NCBI GenBank assembly: GCA_903842025.1
Contig: CAIMKX010000042.1
Span: forward strand, 1-53,838
DNA: 53,838 bases
Reading direction: 5' to 3'
From: an uncultured bacterium
Lineage (GTDB): Bacteria > Patescibacteriota > Minisyncoccia > Phycocordibacterales > PALSA-1337
Of the stretch, positions 50,865 to 53,838 are shown piece after piece (position 1 is the first letter of the stretch; every line of letters begins with the position of its first letter). A model generated the notes under the pieces. It did not search any database. It was not told the DNA's origin and was given only the letters and a program-made list of their open reading frames with translations. The translations under genes were made by a program, and so were the position numbers.

Positions 50865-51167
50865 TTAGACCCTGGTAAAACCAAAAGATCTCACTTTGTA
50901 AGGACTTGGGATTGCTTTTCCAGTCACCAGAATTTTCCATAGATCTGAATATTCTTTAATAGGCTTCTGATTCAAAGGCGAAACACGCGTCCCCTTAAGC
51001 TTTTTTTGAGATTCGACATAGCCCTGAATTGCTTCATCCAAGTTGAATCTGACAACGTCCGCATCATCGGCTGATTCGACAATATTAAGCTCCAGTGCAA
51101 CACCATACCAGGTGTCACCATCTTTGAAGATAATACAGCGAATTGAGCCTTTTTTAGTCGTGTTCAT
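50865..51167 (-). CDS. hicB: HicB-like antitoxin
   Basis: WYGVALELNIVESADD...LDEAIQGY; adjacent to hicA. Confidence 0.75.
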   Translation of the reverse strand: MNTTKKGSIRCIIFKDGDTWYGVALELNIVESADDADVVRFNLDEAIQGYVESQKKLKGTRVSPLNQKPIKEYSDLWKILVTGKAIPSPYKVRSFGFTRV

Positions 51168-51197
51168 AAGGATAAACTAGCATAAGAACAATTTTTG

Positions 51198-51557
51198 TGG
51201 AAGTGGCGGGAATCGAACCCGCGTGCAAAGGATATGTTTCGAACGATTCTACGGCGGTAGAAAACTTTAAAGTTTAATGAATAGGCCAGGAAAGCTTACA
51301 AAACGCCTACTCACGATCTCTAGGCTTCGGAAAGCAAGGTGAGAAGCCCTACTCCCTACATCCAGATTATTACGCCTGCGAATAGGTCAGGATCCCCTAC
51401 TCGAGACGGCTCTTAAACAAGAGCGAATGCGAAATCCTTTGCTCCAAAATATGGAGACACGGTGTTTTTTGCATTTAGAGTTTCCATCAGATTTACGAGT
51501 TAATGGTGCTCGCGCCGCACGAACGGACATGATCAATTGTCGATACCGATCACCCCC
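51198..51557 (-). ncRNA. ssrA: tmRNA; tag ORF 51413-51472 = (A)AKNTVSPYFGAKDFAFALV*
   Basis: GGGGGTGA 5' end with G3-U, T-arm GCGGGTTCGATTCCCGC, resume context TAAAT-GCA. Adjacent to smpB. Confidence 0.93.
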
Positions 51558-51610
51558 GATTTGCGAAGCAAATCGTCCCGAGCTTGTCGAGGGACTGCTT
51601 CAAGAATTGT

Positions 51611-51691
51611 GAGGTAAGAGGTAGGAGATAAGAGGTAAGAATCATCGCATAACGCTTTTGTTCTTATCTCCTAGCTCTTACCTCTTACCTC
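51611..51691. repeat. Heptamer (TAAGAGG) inverted-repeat element
   Basis: gaggtaagaggtaggagataaga...ATCGCA...tcttatctcctagctcttacctcttacctc. Confidence 0.85.
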
Positions 51692-51699
51692 TTGCATTT

Positions 51700-52146
51700 T
51701 CAACGATCCCTAAACTCCCTCCTCACCGTCCTATCCGTCTCGCGCTTCTTGATGGTCTCCCGCTTGTCGAATTTCTTCTTACCCTTTACGACAGCCACCG
51801 AGACTTTGACGCGATTGCCCTTATTATATATTGAAATAGGCACGATTGTCAATCCTCGACCATCCTCGACATCCGCCAACTTTCTGATCTCATCCTTGGA
51901 AAGCAACAATCTGCGATTCCTTCTCGGTTCGTAACCTAGGGGCGTATTATTTTCCTGATATGGCGGAATAAAAATGTTCACCGCGAACGCTTCCCCGCCT
52001 CTCACGATCACATACGACCCTTCCAATGATCCCTGATTTTTCTTCAGCGACTTGACTTCATAGCCCAAAAGCTCGATTCCAGCCTCGAATTTTTCCATTA
52101 TTTCGTAGTTGAAATGGGCTTTTTTGTAATCAACGAAAGTTGTCAT
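51700..52146 (-). CDS. smpB: SsrA-binding protein
   Basis: FEAGIELLGYEVKSL, RRLLLSK, KGKKKFDKRETIK. Confidence 0.97.
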   Translation of the reverse strand: MTTFVDYKKAHFNYEIMEKFEAGIELLGYEVKSLKKNQGSLEGSYVIVRGGEAFAVNIFIPPYQENNTPLGYEPRRNRRLLLSKDEIRKLADVEDGRGLTIVPISIYNKGNRVKVSVAVVKGKKKFDKRETIKKRETDRTVRREFRDR

Positions 52147-52208
52147 GCCGAATATGATAGCACGCGCGCGGACTGTTGTGTCATGTCACTCTGAGAGGCT
52201 CTTTTATG

Positions 52209-52422
52209 TGTCATTCCCGCGAAAGCGAGAATCCCGGATATCACCAATGACAAAATCCAAATGACAAATTTCCAATCAAATCCAAAGCTCAAATGTCAAA
52301 ATTTGGATTTTGGGCTTTGACATTGATTTGTCATTGGGAATTTGAGCTTTGACATTCAACACTGGATTCCCGCTCATAGAGTCTGAGACTCTCAGAGTCG
52401 AATGACCTTCGCGGGAATGACA
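52209..52422. repeat. dRS3/RPE-like arms enclosing a heptamer-type inverted repeat
   Basis: GTCATTCCCGCGAAAGCGAGAAT...TTCGCGGGAATGAC, with inner CAATGAC/CAAAGCT-type 7-mers and an extra insert in the right arm. Confidence 0.85.
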
Positions 52423-52446
52423 AAGAAATGGTGTTATAATCGTCAT

Positions 52447-53529
52447 ATGCCCAATTCAACTAACTGGCGCCTCTACGCCGACAACAAAGACGCCTGGTAC
52501 GACATGCTCAATGACTGCGCCGCCGCAAAAGAAAGCATAGTCCTTGAACAATTCATCTTCATGAACGATGAGTTCGGACAGAAAATGCTCAATATCTGCG
52601 CCAATCGCGCCGCTGAGGGCGTCGAAGTCCGTTTCCTCTGGGATGCCGCCGGCAGTTTCACTTTTTGGGGATCCAACGTCGCCGAAGACCTCCGAAAAAA
52701 AGGTATCGAATTAGTTTTTTGGAAAACTCTGGTGCCCGGTTATTTCAGCCTGGTCAATTTCCGCTCTTGGTATTTCCGCAATCATCGCCGGACTTTGGTC
52801 ATCGACGGTAAGGTCGGCTACACCGGCAGCCTTTGCGTTGATGATCGATTCAAGAATTGGCGAGACACCAACGTCAGGGTCGAGGGAACGGTTGTTTCGC
52901 AGATGAAAAACGCCTTCGAAAGAATGTGGGCCAGGGCGCGCCAACAAAATAAATTACCCAAAAGAATATTATTGCCCAGACTGGCCGAATTCAAATACGT
53001 CACCAACTACCCCACCCCAGGACGTCGTCAGATCTATTCCGGCCTTTTGAAGGCTTTGCGCCAAGCCGAAAGTTGTATTTACATCACAACCCCTTATTTC
53101 GTGCCGACGCACCGCCTAGTCCGCACCATCAAAGCCGCCGCCAAGCGTGGCGTCCATGTCCGTCTCATAATACCGGAAAAATCCGACCATTATGCCGTCG
53201 ACTTGGCCGCTCGCGCCTATTTCCATTCGTTGCTTCAGGCTGGAGTCCAGATCTTCCTTTATTCCGGCAATATGATCCACAGCAAAGCAATAATCGTTGA
53301 TGGAACCTGGGCCACCGTCGGCTCCATGAATCTCGACAGTGCCAGTCTCCTGTACAATTTCGAAGCCAACCTAGTTACCACGAACGATAGATTCGCCAAC
53401 GAGCTCGCTGAACATTTCATTACTGACCTCAAGGATTCCAAGCCAGTCAACGCCGCAGAATGGCAAAACCGCTTTTTCCTGGAAAAAATCCCCGAAATAC
53501 TCATAAGATTAGTGACGAGGTTTTTGTAG
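52447..53529 (+). CDS. cls: Cardiolipin synthase (PLD family, ClsB-like, no N-terminal TMs)
   Basis: NHRRTLVIDG, TPYFVP, HSKAIIVDG, GSMNLD, NFEAN. Confidence 0.88.
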   Translation: MPNSTNWRLYADNKDAWYDMLNDCAAAKESIVLEQFIFMNDEFGQKMLNICANRAAEGVEVRFLWDAAGSFTFWGSNVAEDLRKKGIELVFWKTLVPGYFSLVNFRSWYFRNHRRTLVIDGKVGYTGSLCVDDRFKNWRDTNVRVEGTVVSQMKNAFERMWARARQQNKLPKRILLPRLAEFKYVTNYPTPGRRQIYSGLLKALRQAESCIYITTPYFVPTHRLVRTIKAAAKRGVHVRLIIPEKSDHYAVDLAARAYFHSLLQAGVQIFLYSGNMIHSKAIIVDGTWATVGSMNLDSASLLYNFEANLVTTNDRFANELAEHFITDLKDSKPVNAAEWQNRFFLEKIPEILIRLVTRFL

Positions 53530-53695
53530 GCGGGCCCTGTGCATCATACTTTCGAACCCTCTTCGCAGCGCCGCTGGAATTGACATTTGAATATCTGGCG
53601 AGGCGGCGCGAGAAAAGACGGCCGTGCGAGGCCCCCATAATTCGAGCACGGCCGATCGTGGGTGAGAAGGTATGATGCACAGGGCCCGCCTACAA
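53524..53695. repeat. Long palindromic element overlapping the cls stop
   Basis: 26-bp perfect IR TTGTAGGCGGGCCCTGTGCATCATAC. Confidence 0.85.
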
Positions 53696-53698
53696 TAG

Positions 53699-53838
53699 GT
53701 AACCCCTCACACCCCTCCTCGACCTAATCGCCGCCCTGTGAATAACAACACAGTTGTTTCGTTTCATCCATGTTAAAATATATGTCGTAATGAGTTTAAC
53801 TGACAACGAAATCAGAGAACGAATGGTTGAACTTCACA
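53699..53838 (+). mobile_element. Possible left end of an IS66-like element; ORF starts at 53790 (MSLTDNEIRERMVELH...)
   Basis: Begins GTAACCCCTCACACCCC (IS66 ends start with GTAA). Only 16 codons are visible. Confidence 0.35.

Overview
This ~54-kb window looks like a Patescibacteria (CPR, Parcubacteria-like) chromosome using the standard genetic code; the taxonomy is inferred from gene content. Housekeeping genes: pyrG, ftsEX, a compact prfB, gatCA, ligA, tyrS, recG, ftsH, smpB/ssrA and cls. A type IV pilus/competence region contains pilMNO-pilB-response regulator-pilT-pilC, 7 prepilins, a prepilin peptidase and comF. It is interrupted by a glycosylation cassette (wzm/wzt, GT2/GT8/GT9, an initiating sugar transferase and an O-antigen-ligase-like OTase) in which two genes are frameshifted at poly-A tracts. 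RNA genes: 8 tRNAs (including tRNA-Thr(GGU) with a 187-nt group I intron and a rare tRNA-Ile(UAU)), tmRNA and a probable 6S RNA. Mobile and accessory DNA: the end of a Rep + large serine recombinase element at tRNA-Gln, a decayed islet at tRNA-Ser, three TA pairs and a possible IS66-like end. The most striking unexplained signal is a set of several families of palindromic mini-elements. (i) Heptamer-tandem inverted repeats; one copy still carries a deleted four-helix-bundle (23S-IVP/Avd-like) gene and another is an empty derivative. (ii) AAAATCCCCC/CCCCCTTT-AAAGGGGG REPIN-like elements, three of which share a ~125-bp core. (iii) dRS3/RPE-like arms. Several copies sit in frame inside pyrG, gatA, recG and the OTase. 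About 20 genes have a -10 box 6-7 nt before the ATG, suggesting pervasive leaderless translation.
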